A stretch of 64,000 nt of DNA from Octopus sinensis (GCF_006345805.1 NC_043001.1:35030001-35094000), one strand, 5' to 3'; shown: positions 13,391 through 26,460, counted from the first letter of the stretch. Translations and numbers: made by a program. The notes: generated by a model from the letters alone, not told the origin.

Positions 13391-13740
13391 ATATATTGTT
13401 GTATTTCGTGATAGTCTTTTTTTTTCTCGTTTTTACCATGTAAACATACGCGCCGAATAATCGTTATTCACTCATTTATTACTGTTCTCATTCTAATTCA
13501 TTTCCATTCTCTGGAAATATTCCGTCACACATCTGTGACCTCTTCAGCGACACTTACCGTCTTCGCGCGTGCTCTTGATCTGCTTATTCCATTCTGACAG
13601 TACTGGACCCCACAGACGTGTGACAAAAGATTTCCGGAAAATGGACATGAGTTAGAATAAGAACAATAACAAACGAGTGAAGGACGAATATATAGTGCGT
13701 GTGCTTATTTGGCCGAAAAAAATACCATCCCGAAATACAG

Positions 13741-13748
<8 letters not shown>
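13391..13748. repeat. Fold-back: about 140-bp imperfect inverted arms around a 73-bp spacer, with a degenerate HHR core on the minus strand
   Basis: 13391-13537 vs 13611-13748 reverse complement; minus strand ctgaaga-g-gtcaca-gatg-tgtgac-g-gaat. Confidence 0.7.
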
Positions 13749-13835
<87 letters not shown>

Positions 13836-13845
13836 CATATATATA

Positions 13846-14066
13846 TTGGCCTGCTCGCTTAGCCAGCGGAGTGGCGTCATTTGACGGCTAAAACAATGCG
13901 AAGCGCATTGTGACCAGCGATGTTTAGCAACATTGATAGCCTGGTCGGTCACAGTGATATATATATATATATATTCTTTTAGTCTTTTATTTGTTTCAGT
14001 AATTTGAATTCAGCCATGCTGGAGTACCGCCTTTAGTCGAACAAATTGATCCCAGGCGGAGATGAT
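13846..14066. mobile_element. Two SINE 3' fragments (13846-13955 plus; family B tail 13975-14066 minus)
   Basis: The second matches the family B tail (gccatgctggag.accgcctttagtcga); the first is a GC-richer tail recognised only from recall. Confidence 0.55.
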
Positions 14067-14851
14067 ATAAGTATATAATGCAGTTTGACAGAGTGTATTT
14101 GAAATAAATATAATAAGCAATAAAAAAAGGTGTGTGTGGATATTTACAGCTTCTGTTTTTAGACGTTGCAAGAAGTGCTGACTTTGTCTGAGATGACGCA
14201 TAACGTGTTTTGTGTCGATCATATTGGCATTACCAATTGCTTCTTTCAGAACGTGTAATATTTTTACCACATAAGAAAACGAAGCTTTATATAAATGGAA
14301 ATGTTATACTATATACAAATAAAACTGAATATATTTATTTGGAATGAGGTATCTCGGTGTTTACATTTGGAGAGAAGAATTAAAGTTCTGCTGAGTTCCA
14401 TGTCAGCCTGACTGAAAAGTTACATATAGCTCCATGTCAGCCTGACTGAGAAGTATGACCGAAAACGTGTTAGCCTTCTCTGTACCTACCTATTTAAGCG
14501 ATTTCCAATAACTATAAACGAAATCGTTGCAACAGTGGTCAGAGTGAAAAGACACTAGCGGCTTCCACGCGCTGCTGAATTTTATAGATTCTATCCAGGC
14601 CATCGTGGAGTTAACCGTATATGTGCTGAACGTTTAAGCGAGAACATAAATGAATCGGAATGTCATTTCTTGCAGATATGTACATATATTTCAAGACCTG
14701 CGTCCCCATGTTATGTCACTTTCTATCCGTATAGAGAAATGCATAAAACCATGTACATAAATGTATGCCTATGTGAATAATGTCATATTATCGCATGTCC
14801 AGTCCTAAAATCGAAGAGAGGTCATGTAAAGAATTATTGAATATAGAAATA

Positions 14852-16094
14852 CAGGCTGCGTAAGTCATTTTGTGTTCCAAAAGCTCTAACATTCTTCTAG
14901 CTTATATTTTAAAATTTACTTTTCAGATAAAAATCTATTTAACATTTGGTTGACTAAGCAAATGCAAAGTCATGCTGATGCCTTAAAAGTGCAGCATAGT
15001 GATACAGAGATAGCTTGCTTCCAGAAAGTTTGCGGATCCTACGTTGTCAAAGTTCGGAAAGAGCTGGAAGCTGCTGACAGGGATCCAATATCAGCAGCTA
15101 AACACATAACGCATGCGTAGGACCCTAATACCATCAGAACATATAACTGTACAAAAAGCCCAATAAATAATCGATGAAAAGTCCGGCAAGACAATCGAAG
15201 TTATTGCAAAGGACCTTAAGGTTTCAGAATACACCGTCAGAAGACTAGTGTATGAGGTTATCCGGCACAAGACTTGTGTATTGCCCAGGGGTCAGTTTAT
15301 GTAGGATATATGGCAGAATCGTTTGATCCGCGCATAGCGCTTGCTAAACAATTTAAAACACCAAGAGGCTGAAAGGCTTTGGTTCTTACTGATAAGAATA
15401 AGTTCTATCAAGTTCTTACTGATAAGAATAAGTTCTATCAGGACCAGAATGGTTCCAACGGTCATGCATTCTAGGTTCCGGACAACTGTGGTTATGGGAG
15501 CCATCGGCAAATAGCGAGATGTCATGCATTCTCACTTTTTTTCACAAGGCTTAAGAGTCAAAGCAGTGATTGTCTTGTCGATTGTCATGACTCTATACAG
15601 GTGTTGTAGAAAGTTATGAGGCCATGGACAGACAGAATACACAATGGAAACCATAGGTCTTTCTACAAGAACCTGCACTCTCTCATAACGCTAAGAAAAC
15701 GCAAGGCTAGACGCATACCAATCTTCCTGATAGTAATCTCGCAGACACATGGACTCCTACATCATCAGACAACTATCCACTGGACTATTATGTATGAGGC
15801 GTAGTCGAGAAATAAGTCAATCAATACCCCCATAACACCATGCAATCTCTCAAGTCCACCATAGACAGCACTATGACCAAAATTGATTAAAATCATCCGA
15901 TTCAGACGTGGTCAACGCTTCTGACTCCGTGTTGAGGCAGTCATTGATTCTAACAGTGGATTCATTGGACAGGAGTGATAAAAGAATTCTCAAGTTTATT
16001 TGTACCAACTTATCTTCAACTACAAATTTACTTTGATGAATTATGCGTTTCTTTTTTAATTCATAAAAATTTCCTAAAATATCTGACGCACCCT
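14852..16094 (+). mobile_element. Decayed Tc1/mariner-superfamily transposon, maT/DD37D-like, about 1.24 kb
   Basis: Broken translation IAKDLKVSEYTVRRLVYE..RGQFM..QNRLIRA.RLLNNLKH..VPTVMHSRF..HFFSQGLRV..PLDYYV.GVVE..PHNT..SLK; imperfect TIRs aggctgcgtaagtcatttt / aaaatatctgacgcaccct; internal 30-bp duplication at about 15383-15442. Confidence 0.8.
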
Positions 16095-16849
16095 TTTAAA
16101 GGTGAAACAAATATTGTCAGAGAGGAGTAACGAATTCCACCTATCCTAACGAAATAATTTTTTACTGAGAAGAAATCGTGTACGTTTATTCAGTTAAAAG
16201 TGATAGATATTCATTGCTCAGACGCTGATTAGATATAAAAGTACTTAAACAAGTCAAAATATAATTATTGTGTAATTAATGTCACCTAAACCGATATAAG
16301 TCACTAAATAAAAGCTGTACGTTACGGAAATTTAAAGGATTGTATGCATGTTTCTCTATCTTTTGTCGATCAATAGTGCTCCATGAGTTGCTGGATTTTG
16401 AATCTAAAAGGATTTATGAAGAAGCATAATTTAAAGTAAATAACGGCAAAATGTCGATTTTGTGAAGGAAAGCGTTTTGTTTATAAATAAGTTCTTTTTA
16501 TAATAACGACCAAATTAAACGAAATGTTTTACCATAAATTTATTTTGTTAGAAGTAATTTATTAACAAAATACAAAAAAAAAATTAAATAAATATAAAAT
16601 ATAAACATTTCTTTAAAATATTTTGTCTATGCAATATTTAACTACATTCCCAAATGTCTTGATTTTGTCGATGTGATTTCTTGCACGTATCGTGACTACT
16701 GGAGCGTTTTGTGCTTAAAATGCCCAAAGAACTGCAAATTTGAAATGTAGAAAAAGGACAGAAGTGATAATATGAACAGCATAAATATTTTATTAATTGA
16801 TTTAAGTCTAATAATCACTTAAAATATGCAAAATGTTGTGGATGAAATG

Positions 16850-17420
16850 AAGTATACAAAACGACGAAGCTTCAAGGAATGTAAATGAATGGAAGACATG
16901 AGAAATTAATGTTAGCGAAGCGGAACTGAGTATTGCAGGCAGAGATGTTGAATAATTACAAATTATTTAAATATATATATAGATGCAGAACTTTTAAAGC
17001 GCAAATCGTAAAAGGAAAGATTGAAAATATTTATAGAGAACGTGCGGTTTCATATCAATCGTCAGATATGCATCTAGTATTGTTTGGTGGTGCATTTGCT
17101 ATTTCAGAAGATATCAATAATTGATGATGTTTTGTGAATGTAGAATCATGTACAAGTGCGAGAGCGAACAAATCAAAGTAGATGTGAGCGTGTTACACAC
17201 AGATATTGAAGGCTGGTGAATATGTAAGCTTCGAATATATGTGTAACGTGAAACAGAATGCAGAAAGAGAATTTACCTGGAGTGATAATTGTTCAGCGTG
17301 AAAGCAATGAAAATGTAATTGCAAAATGTCACGAATATTTCAAATGGGACCTGAAATAGAAGCTTGAGGTGGTAACGGAAAAAGGAATGTAAAAATTAAT
17401 GATGGAAAGAACAAAAAGAA
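16850..17420 (+). pseudogene. Possible heavily decayed L1/Tx1-like APE endonuclease remnant
   Basis: Scattered motifs in different frames: KIENIY, HLVLFGG, EREFTWS. Weak. Confidence 0.3.
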
Positions 17421-17820
17421 ATATAAGCGTTATTTCAGATATTTCAAGCGGAAACGACTGAATAATGAATAAATGATAATGCAAGAAACAAGCCGAAAAA
17501 AACAACGTAGAGATAATAAAGCAACGAAATATTGAAAATGTGTGCGAAATAAAATGGTTCCCCCACTATTATTTCGAACGGAATATGACTTCATCAAATA
17601 ACGATCGCACAAACAAGTGCTTGTAATCAGAATGTACGGATGTACGTAACCCTATTAACAAATACACCTAATTTTTAAGATTATAATTTAAAGGACTGCT
17701 ATTTCTTTAAAGTCGTTTGACAAGGTTCAGTAGAATTGTGGGATATAATTGATAAAACTTATAAAACTTGCTTTTTAAATTAAATTATCAACGTAGGAAG
17801 AAATAAAGACAGCCTCGGCT

Positions 17821-17824
<4 letters not shown>

Positions 17825-17867
<43 letters not shown>

Positions 17868-17918
17868 TATATATATATATATATACATACATATATATAT
17901 ATATACATACATATATAT

Positions 17919-17977
<59 letters not shown>
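17825..17977. repeat. (TA)n/(TACA)n microsatellite
   Basis: Direct reading; abuts the PLE 5' truncation. Confidence 0.95.
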
Positions 17978-17978
<1 letters not shown>

Positions 17979-18884
17979 GAAACAGACATATACTATAAGC
18001 CTACAGACTCTAAGCAATATCTTCCATTCAATTCATGCCACCCCAGACACACCAGGATGAATATCCCCTTCAATCTAGCAAAAAGGATATGCACTATAGT
18101 CTCTAACGCAAACACCAGAGACACACGACTACAAGAACTAAAAGATACCCTAATCACCAGGAACTATCCACCTTCACTTATTGACAAGTGCATTCAACGT
18201 GCCCTTCAACTTAACATCAAGGAACTGAGACATCCCAAATCAAAGAAAAACTTACAACCAAAAGCCTTACCATACATCTCCACACACAACCCTCTCAATA
18301 ACGAAGCCTTCGACACCATCCTCCACAACATACCCCTCCTAAAAAAAGACCACAGAATGAACACAATCCTCCAAACACACACGATCATAAAAAGCAAAAG
18401 ACAGCCTAGATCCATGAAAAGTCTCCTTACACAAGCCCGAATTCACTCTTCAACACAGAAGCCGACAGTAAAAAAATGTGGAAGACCCAATTGCGGGATA
18501 TGCGACTATCTAATCGAGGGTTCTGAGTTCTCCTTCAAACAGGGACAACGGTTTACAGTGAAAAGCAACTTCACATGTGCTTCGGAGAACCTAATATACT
18601 CACTAACCTGCTCCGGGTGTCAAGAGCAGTACATAGGCCAAACAAAAAATGGTTTGCGTAAACGAATGGCCCTGCACAGATCCCAGATAAAAATTCCCCA
18701 AAACAGAAAAATAGCTTTTAGCCAACACATAGATACTTGCGCCAACAAAAAAACACCAAACTTCAGAATTTTCCCCCTCTACCAATTTAGGGACGATACA
18801 ACCTCGAGACAAAGAATAAGTAAAGAAAATCTCTTTATTACAAAATACAAGCCACTTCTTAACGGGTCTACGACAAACAATTAA
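17979..18884 (+). CDS. Partial PLE ORF: RT thumb, Cys-rich linker, GIY-YIG endonuclease (no true start codon)
   Basis: The frame is open from 17979: [22 protein letters not shown] (PLE RT motif), [10 protein letters not shown] linker, [19 protein letters not shown] (GIY-YIG), [14 protein letters not shown]; no internal stops. Confidence 0.85.
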   Translation, partial: ETDIYYKPTDSKQYLPFNSCHPRHTRMNIPFNLAKRICTIVSNANTRDTRLQELKDTLITRNYPPSLIDKCIQRALQLNIKELRHPKSKKNLQPKALPYISTHNPLNNEAFDTILHNIPLLKKDHRMNTILQTHTIIKSKRQPRSMKSLLTQARIHSSTQKPTVKKCGRPNCGICDYLIEGSEFSFKQGQRFTVKSNFTCASENLIYSLTCSGCQEQYIGQTKNGLRKRMALHRSQIKIPQNRKIAFSQHIDTCANKKTPNFRIFPLYQFRDDTTSRQRISKENLFITKYKPLLNGSTTNN

Positions 18885-19017
18885 TATACCTCAACTTTAG
18901 AATAAAAGTAAAAAATATATATACACACACAAATACTACACTCCATAGAATCCATTACTAATCAGCCCCTTCATAGCTATATTTACACCCATTCATATTC
19001 TCCCTTCTCTGTTTTTT

Positions 19018-19260
19018 TCTTCTTCTTCTTCTTCCTCTTCTTCTTCATCATCATTGTTATCATCATCATCGGCGTCATCATCATCGCCACCATCATCACC
19101 ACCATCTTCTCCTTCTCCTCCTCCTTCTTCTTCTTCTTCTTCTTCATCATCATCGTTATCATCATCATCGTCGTCATAATCATCACCACCATCACCATCA
19201 TCTTCTCCTTCTCCTTCTCCTTCTTCTTCTTCTTCTTCTTCTTCTTCTTCTTCTTCTCCA
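19018..19260. repeat. (TTC)n/(CAT)n compound repeat with an internal block duplication, in the PLE 3' UTR
   Basis: Two similar TTC-CAT-CAC-TTCTCC blocks in tandem. Confidence 0.85.
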
Positions 19261-19605
19261 CCCCCTACCCCTTAAGTTTGTCACTAATGTTTTTTAGTAT
19301 AACACCTACGCTAATTCTATAAACAAGCCTGTCAATATAAATATTCTCCTGAATTGAACTGAGACTGCCAGCCGCCACTGACCATTCAAAATACGACCAT
19401 CAGGGCACTCCCAGATTCTCCCACCCCCCTTTCCTCACCAGCCTTCCCTCTACTACCCTACCAAGAACTCACAACTACCTCGAACACACAAGTGCAAACA
19501 AGGGAGTCAGAGAAAGGCAGAATGCCACTTAAATCTGAACACTACTATAGAAATATTCTTTTAAAAAAACTTTTCTTCTAATTTTTCTAAATTTAATTAT
19601 TTAAT

Positions 19606-19653
19606 CGTTACAGTTGAAAAGGTCTCAAAATGACCGAAACCGGTACTGAAATG
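19606..19653 (+). ncRNA. Type I hammerhead fold, U3-A8 core variant
   Basis: cgttacag|ttgaaaa|ggtc-tcaaaat-gacc|gaaa|ccggta|ctgaaatg. Confidence 0.65.
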
Positions 19654-19694
19654 TTCACTATAAAATTATTTTAGCATTTTCTATTTTTTACTTG

Positions 19695-19746
<52 letters not shown>

Positions 19747-20363
19747 TAATTTTTGTGTGCGGATATGTATACATGCAACATCAGAAATAACGATGATATT
19801 AACATTAAAAACACCAAAATCATCACTAAGATTTTGAATAAGCTGGCATTTGTTACTTGAAATGAATTCTGTCGTTAATTCTAGAAGATCCTGGCAGTAT
19901 TAAACACTTTTATAAACAAAGAATATGTTGTAATTGCCAAATGACATGAAGGTGCTAAAAATAAAAAGAATCAATAAATAAATAATTTAGAATGTCCAAA
20001 AACAAATCGACAACAAAAATTACTTCAACAACTTCAGTAGGAACAATGTGAAATGAATATTTTTAACAAGTCATTGAGATACTGTCTTCGTGGTTGCTAG
20101 ACCTGCTATAAATAGTAACCGAATTTCCCCTAAATCACACCTTCTAATCTTGAGGAAAGTAACAGAATAATGTAGTTTTTAATACAATTTATGAAAATTG
20201 TAGTCTTTGCTGCAATGCTGTGGTCAGAGCTGACCTCGGGTTAAATAGGTATAGCAACACCACCACCAACAATAACAGCTGGAGCAATACAACAGCCGTA
20301 GACAGAAGCAAGATGAAGAACAATGTTAGTAAATACTTGCATCAGTAGTTGTCTAGTACCGCT

Positions 20364-20684
20364 TAGGCACGTGGCTTAGTGGTTAGGGCATTCAGTTCAT
20401 GATTGTAAGGTCATGAGTTCAATTCCCGGCGACGCGTTGTGTCCTTGAGCAAGACACTTTATTTCACGTTGCTCCAGTCTATTCAGCTGGGAAAAATGAG
20501 TTGTACCTGTATTTCAAAAGGCCGGCCTTCTCACACTCTGTGTCACGCTGAATGTCCTTGAGAATTACGTTAGGGGTACACGCGTCTGAGGATTCCTCAG
20601 TCACTTGCACGTTAATCTCACGAGCAAGCTGTTCCGTTCATCGTATCAGCTGGGACCCTCGTCGTCGTAACCGACGGGGTGCTC
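20364..20684 (+). mobile_element. SINE family D (tRNA head, CORE-like domain, family C tail)
   Basis: tggcttagtggttagg A box, gagttcaattcc B box, gtgtccttgagcaagacacttt; 11-bp TSD ctagtaccgct at 20353-20363 and 20685-20695. Confidence 0.88.
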
Positions 20685-21638
20685 CTAGTACCGCTATGAT
20701 ATATCAAACAGCACAATATTTCTACGTAGTTATTAATCTCATAGAACGAAATCCAAATATCACTCAAATACACACCTGTAATGCTAAAAATGGACGATGA
20801 CAGCCCTATGCTAATAGATCTGCTCGAGCAATGCTTCTTTGAGCCTAAACTATAACAACTGTAAAAAAAGGGAACGAAATAATCAATATTAAATAATGAT
20901 GTAATGGAACGAGGTACACCTTTTTAAGTATAAAATGTATTCATAGACGTTCTATATCTCCTCTGTATGTGTTCTACAACCACATTTCTACTCTTGGGAG
21001 TATTACAACAACTATTACTTGTATAGTTTAATGTGGAATTCTTTTGATTACCTCTGAATAACACATTATTATTTGATTTATCTAGATTTGTTCATGTTGT
21101 GCATTGTACTGCAAAGCAATTCTTACATGCTTTATACGCATAGAAAAGCCTGGTGAAAAGAGCCGTAATTGCATGGCCAATGTATCGATTGAAGACATGA
21201 ATTACAATCGAATTTTTAAACAGATTTTTAAACAGCTTCGTCCAAGATTTATTTCTTTGTTGAGGCTAAAGCGTTTGGTTCTAATTAATGTTTTGGGGCC
21301 AAGAAACATTATTAATGCTAACTGATGATTTACTGCAATATATTTTACGTTCTATTCTCCGAATTTATTATACTGTGCTTGTTCGTTAATTAGTATCCCT
21401 TTCATACATATAATACATTTTTCATTGTTTTGTGTATTGCTAAGAGATATTGATTCTAATTTATTTCCGAGAAACCTCGATATGACTAGAATTAATCGAA
21501 CATTCAAGGTAACATATCTAAAAGAAAATCTGTACATACGTAAGAGGCTTTGCGAATACATGCGAGTGTGCTTGTGTAGATGTGTGTTTGTGTGTGTATA
21601 ATAAAGTTTTCTCGTGATATTGATTACCAAATGGTACC

Positions 21639-21874
21639 TATTTCTTTACTACCCACAACGAGCTAAACACAGAGAGGACAAACAAGGACAGACAAACGGA
21701 TTAAGTTGATTATATCGACCCCAGTGCGTAACTGGTACTTATTTAATCGACCCCGAAAGGATGAAAGGCAAAGTCGACCTCGGCGGAATTTGAACTTAGA
21801 ACGTAACGGCAGACGAAATACCTCTGAACATTTCGCCCGGCGTGCTAACGTTTCTGCCAGCTCGCCGCCTTTGG
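21639..21874 (-). mobile_element. SINE family A, full length
   Basis: Near-identical to 2629-2863; 14-bp TSD taccaaatggtacc at 21625-21638 and 21875-21888. Confidence 0.9.
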
Positions 21875-22254
21875 TACCAAATGGTACCAGCAATCCTTCC
21901 CTTCTCACACATCCCTTCCTAAATGTAATGTACGAGTCATTGACCATAGGAAATATGCAATCTGAATGCGCTACAATAGTATCGCTTACAGGTTGTACAT
22001 ATATAACATAACCTGTATATGATGCATGAAATATTTCTATTCATCCTGCAAAACTTATTTCAGAATTAATTTTATCATACCAATGCTGTAAGCTGATTTC
22101 AAGTTATGAAATTGCAGCCATTTGTGACTCAAGCTAAGAGACGGAATAAGATGCTTTGTTTCATCGTGTTAGTTTCACGAAAGCAGTAGTAAAATTTTCC
22201 GTAAAAATATGTAGAACATAACAAGCAAAGTAGCAAGTTTTAAGATATAAGTAG

Positions 22255-22605
22255 TAACAAGAGCACTAACCTCCGCCAAGCCAACGCCAACGTCCTCTCA
22301 ACGATTAACCGGAAATGATTTTTAAAATGAGAACATCTGAAATAAACTCGACTGCTCTCACAAACGAGAATACAAAAAAAATTAACCCGACTACTCTCAA
22401 AAAATAAGTAAAAAATCTGGAACAAATAATCCAGAATCCTCGTCCAGATAGTGTCCAAAATCTAATCAGTTTGTGCCAGTCATGAGACCAAACCTCCCTG
22501 AAAGTTTCATCCGAATTCATCCAGCAGTTCTTGAAATATCTTGTCCAAGGACAAACAAACGTGACTGAAAACAATACCTCCGCCTTCGCTAAGACGGAGG
22601 TAACA
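22255..22605. mobile_element. Putative Helentron/DINE-like non-autonomous element
   Basis: Terminal hairpin tacctccgcctt-cgct-aagacggaggta (22575-22602); the same acctccgcc motif recurs near the other end (about 22268-22278); family call from recall. Confidence 0.5.
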
Positions 22606-22734
22606 ATACAAGACGGTGACATTTTTTGGCCACTATATCATGACTGTTCTATACAGAACTATGTTACTATATTTTTACCCCCAGGAAAGCTTCTTTTCCA
22701 GCTGGTTAACGACAAATAACCAATGTACCATATA

Positions 22735-23117
22735 TCTCTCTCTATATAAACGGCAGTTTGTCTGTGTGTGTTTCTGTGTGTCTGTTAGGTTGTACCCTCA
22801 CCGTGACCACGGCTTTCAACCGATTCTGATGAAACTTGACACACACATAGCCCAATGTCATAATTCAAAACTAACGCAGCGAAAATTTTGAAAAGTTCCC
22901 CCAGTTCTGAAAATAATCGATAAATTCGACATGGGGTCGAGAATCAGAAACACAAACCACAGACTGTCTAGGGAACGCAACTCGACCTTTTTAACTCAAA
23001 AAAATTTACCATAATTTTTTTTCCCCTTTTTTTTGCTATTTTTGGGCTATAACTCTCTAAAAATGCTTTATAGTTATTTCCCTTACAAACCCGAGCAACG
23101 CCGGGCGATACTGCTAG
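22735..23117 (+). mobile_element. Non-autonomous Helitron
   Basis: Starts TC after host A, ends CTAG (23114-23117) before host T; GC hairpin cccgagcaacgccggg at 23090-23105. Confidence 0.8.
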
Positions 23118-23120
23118 TTA

Positions 23121-23408
23121 CGAATAAGGGAGCGAATCACTCCGCTCCAGCTTAGCAAGATAGGTAGACCATGGTTTCTGGATCTTTGTCCTTCATCGGT
23201 AATTTGTATCTGCCAGCTAGAAATTTTTAGAACTAGCTACTTTGCCCCTTACGAGATCTGCCGCTTCTCTGTTTATATATTGTGAGTAGGAACGATTGAC
23301 TGCCATCTCTAGCAGACAGCAATCCATTATCAATGACAGATAAAGACCTGGAAGCCGTGGTCTACTGGTCGTGCCAAGCAGGAGGGGAGTGATTCGCTTC
23401 CTTATTCA
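23121..23408. mobile_element. MITE with about 90-bp imperfect TIRs
   Basis: gaataagggagcgaatcactccgctcc.. vs ..ggaggggagtgattcgcttccttattc; homology continues through gtagacca.gg. Confidence 0.75.
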
Positions 23409-24374
23409 CAATATATCGGACAGAGGTTGCGTGTGGTTAACCAGTTGGAAAAGACGTTTTCCTGGTGTTAAAATGTAGTAATACAGAACAGCCATTTTAT
23501 AGTGGCAAAACAATGCTATGTAGAACATATTCTACGGATCTTTTGCCAATATACTGTTCATGGTATCACAAGCATGTTGTTTCCCGTACTTTATATCTGT
23601 TTATATGCATTTCAGTATGTATTTCGATATAAGCTACTATATATGTAAGTTTATTTAAATTAAACACGATATAAGTGTGGATGTAATTATTTCTTTCTGT
23701 ACATTAAGATACTTGTTAAATTATATCTTTCTGTACGTCAAAACAATTGTTAGTTAATGTGGCATCACTTTATGTCGCGTAAATTAGTGGTTTGACAAAT
23801 ATAGATGTTAAATTAATTACCTGACTCAAATGAGTACCAAAGTCGATATTTTTTACCGAAAATGCTAAGAGAAACACAGCAGTTCAGTGGTTGAACTTAG
23901 TAGAATAATAAATAAATAAATGAAGATATAATGTAACATGTTTATACTTTAAATTTTTATACGAATCTACTCCAACGCAATGATAATAACACCATAAATA
24001 TCAGTATTAAGGCAACGACAAGAGTAGACGCACGAGTTGCAACTGCAGCAACAACGACTTGTTAGAAACAATTAAAACTAAAATTTCTATAAGCGATGAT
24101 AAAAAAGGAGGAAAAAGAAAGGTGAAAAATTGGTGAAATCGAATGAAAATGAAATGGGAATGAAGACATTAATTTGGATGGGCAGGTCACCTGATAATGC
24201 TTGCCGTAAATGGAAATGACTGTTTTAAACCGCTGCTTTAAATCCTCTTAATTTTCTCCCAGAGCTCTTATCAATCCTTGTATTCTCTCTAGTGCAACTG
24301 AAACTATCGTTGTTGTTATTCCTATTATTACGCCATTCCATGTTAATTTAGTTAGCAGGTATTTTATTTTGAGA

Positions 24375-25175
24375 AGCTTGGTGACAAGCATCCTGAAATC
24401 TCAAGAATCTTAATGTGGCGTAGGAGTGGCTGTGTGCTAAGTAGCTTGCTTACGAACCATATGGTTCCGGGTTCAGTACCCCTGCGTGGCACCTTGGGGA
24501 AGTGTCTTCTACTATAGCCTCGGGCCGACCAAAGCCTTGTGAGTGGATTTGGTAGACGGAAACTGAAAGAATTCCGTCGTGTATATGTATATATGTATAT
24601 ATGTATGAGTGTGTATATGTTTGTGTGTCTGTGTTTGTCCCCCAACATCACTTGACAACCGATGCTGGTGTGTTTACGTCCCCGTATTTAGCAGTTCAGC
24701 AAAAGAGACCGATAGAATAAGTACTAGGCTTACAAAGAATAAGTCCCGGGGTCGATTTATTTGACTAAAGGCGGTGCTCCAGCATGGCCACAGTCAAATA
24801 ACTGAAACAAGTAAAAGAGCAAAAGAGGATTCTTACAGAATATAGGATGGTACTATTCTATTGGTTGGCAGTGCAAATCTCCATTCCAATCGCATCTAGT
24901 CTTTTAAGTAGCATTTTGGGTCTTGTGTCAAGTGTACGAATTACTAACGTAATAATCATTGTCTTGGTCTTCTACAGTCTCCTCAGCTCTCTACCTAGAT
25001 CCAATTATTTCCCAATATTTTCCATTCCTGTGGTATCAACTCTGTCGCAGGGAATTACAAAATCTATGTACTCTTTGTTTATTTTGTCCTCTATAATCAT
25101 ATCTTGTTTTCTTGCCTCAATTGTATTGTCCGTCTTTATGGCTAAATTCTCGGTGGGACATGAATTTCTAACATA
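24375..25175 (-). mobile_element. R4/Dong-like non-LTR retrotransposon 3' fragment (restriction-like endonuclease), interrupted by SINE B
   Basis: Broken minus translation IKTDNTIEARKQDMIIEDK..IDFVIPCD..DLGRELRRL..TRPKMLLKRLDAIG; continues as IKILEI beyond the SINE. Confidence 0.7.
24417..24827 (+). mobile_element. SINE family B, full length
   Basis: tggctgtgt..gggttcagtacc head, gtggcaccttggggaagtgtctt CORE-like segment, internal TA/TG run, gtaaaagag tail. Confidence 0.88.
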
Positions 25176-25448
25176 TTAGTGCGTGACTAAATACCACAAG
25201 GCATTTTTCGATGCTTTAATGATTTTAACTCACTGTAATTTTTATTATTAGTAATATTAAGGCGTTAACGTTGAAGCCTCTAAAGATGTCAGCCAAATAT
25301 TCCTCAAATGATACCCGGTCCTCCTTTAAAAGCAAAATGGCAGACATATTGGATGAGGTAGTCCTAAATGGAATATGACCAAGAAAGAGAGTAGAGACCA
25401 TACTAAGTTAATATGCGTTGGCATTAGATGTAACTGCTGCTGCTGCGG

Positions 25449-25452
<4 letters not shown>

Positions 25453-25529
<77 letters not shown>
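25453..25529. repeat. (TAC)n microsatellite
   Basis: Direct reading. Confidence 0.95.
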
Positions 25530-25776
25530 GGTATCGCCAAACTTTTGGCAAAATTTAATGTAGATTCTCTGCTCAACGTTGTAATATTCAATGATACGAT
25601 CACACGCTACACGTTTTTCCAAGCACTGCTGTAAACAGTGGAATTGAGCTAGAACGTTAAAACTTATTGCGCATGTACAGCAGAGTTCAAGATCAATCCG
25701 TACCAACAGGTTTCATTCTGGGTACAATGGTTTCATTAATATGGCAACGGTCCGGATACTTATTGATGAGACCACG
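25530..25776 (-). mobile_element. Mariner 5' fragment (TIR-like end plus transposase start)
   Basis: Minus NVEQRIYIKFCQKFGDT, like mariner N-termini; truncated at (TAC)n. Confidence 0.6.
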
Positions 25777-26232
25777 AACGTTTAATGAAACAACAGAAAA
25801 ACTGTTGTTTACCAACAAATCCCTTTTATAGTCCACATTGCCATCAGAAAAGAAGGCAATTTAATTTGGCCATAGTGGTATCGTTTCTAGAAAAAAGACG
25901 AAATCGTCACGTTTGGCAAGCCTTCTATCATATGTCTTCCCGAGAAAAGATTGATCTGGGAGTTAACTGACACTTGTGAGTATAGCTTAACATCAAGCAC
26001 AATGTCTTTCTAAATTGTTTTAGGTGCCTCTATTGTCGGAAGCTGACATAGGTACCCTCTTGTCATGATGGGACAATAGAAAGGAAATAAAGCTTCGCCA
26101 GCACTTACGTAGTAGATATTACAACAGAATAGACTAGGCTGACGAAAATGAAGTACCTTGTTCAAGAACACCTAATACCCTAGGCGTTAAACCACCTTTG
26201 TTCATTGGCTAACTACTACCTTACTATCATTA

Positions 26233-26460
26233 CTTTCATCATTAAGGCGAAGAACTAGGAGAATCGTTCTCACTCTGGACAAAATGCTTAGATGCTTTTC
26301 GTCCGTCTTTACGCTCTGATTTCAAATTCCACCGACGTCGACATTTTGCCTATCATCCTTTCGAGGTCGATAAATTAAGTACGAGTTGAGTACTGTGCGT
26401 CGATGTAATTTACTATCCCCCTCCTCCAAATTTCAGGCCTTGAACCTATCGTAGAAAGAA
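26233..26460 (+). mobile_element. Degenerate SINE family A
   Basis: ttcaaattccaccgacgtcgac..catcctttcgaggtcgataaattaagtac. Confidence 0.7.

Larger units (their letters stand above)
17979..19698 (+). mobile_element. 5'-truncated Penelope-like element (Neptune-type) with a 3' hammerhead
   Basis: Partial ORF, 3' UTR containing simple repeats, HHR at 19606-19653, (TA)n at both ends. Confidence 0.85.

Noticed and set aside
14398-14480. Hammerhead-like ctgactga..gaccgaaaacgtg
   Set aside because: The core is mis-spaced and there is no convincing stem II; it is a short tandem duplication.
22824-22860. CTGATGA in the Helitron (also at about 21322 and 54119)
   Set aside because: No downstream stem II plus GAAA geometry.
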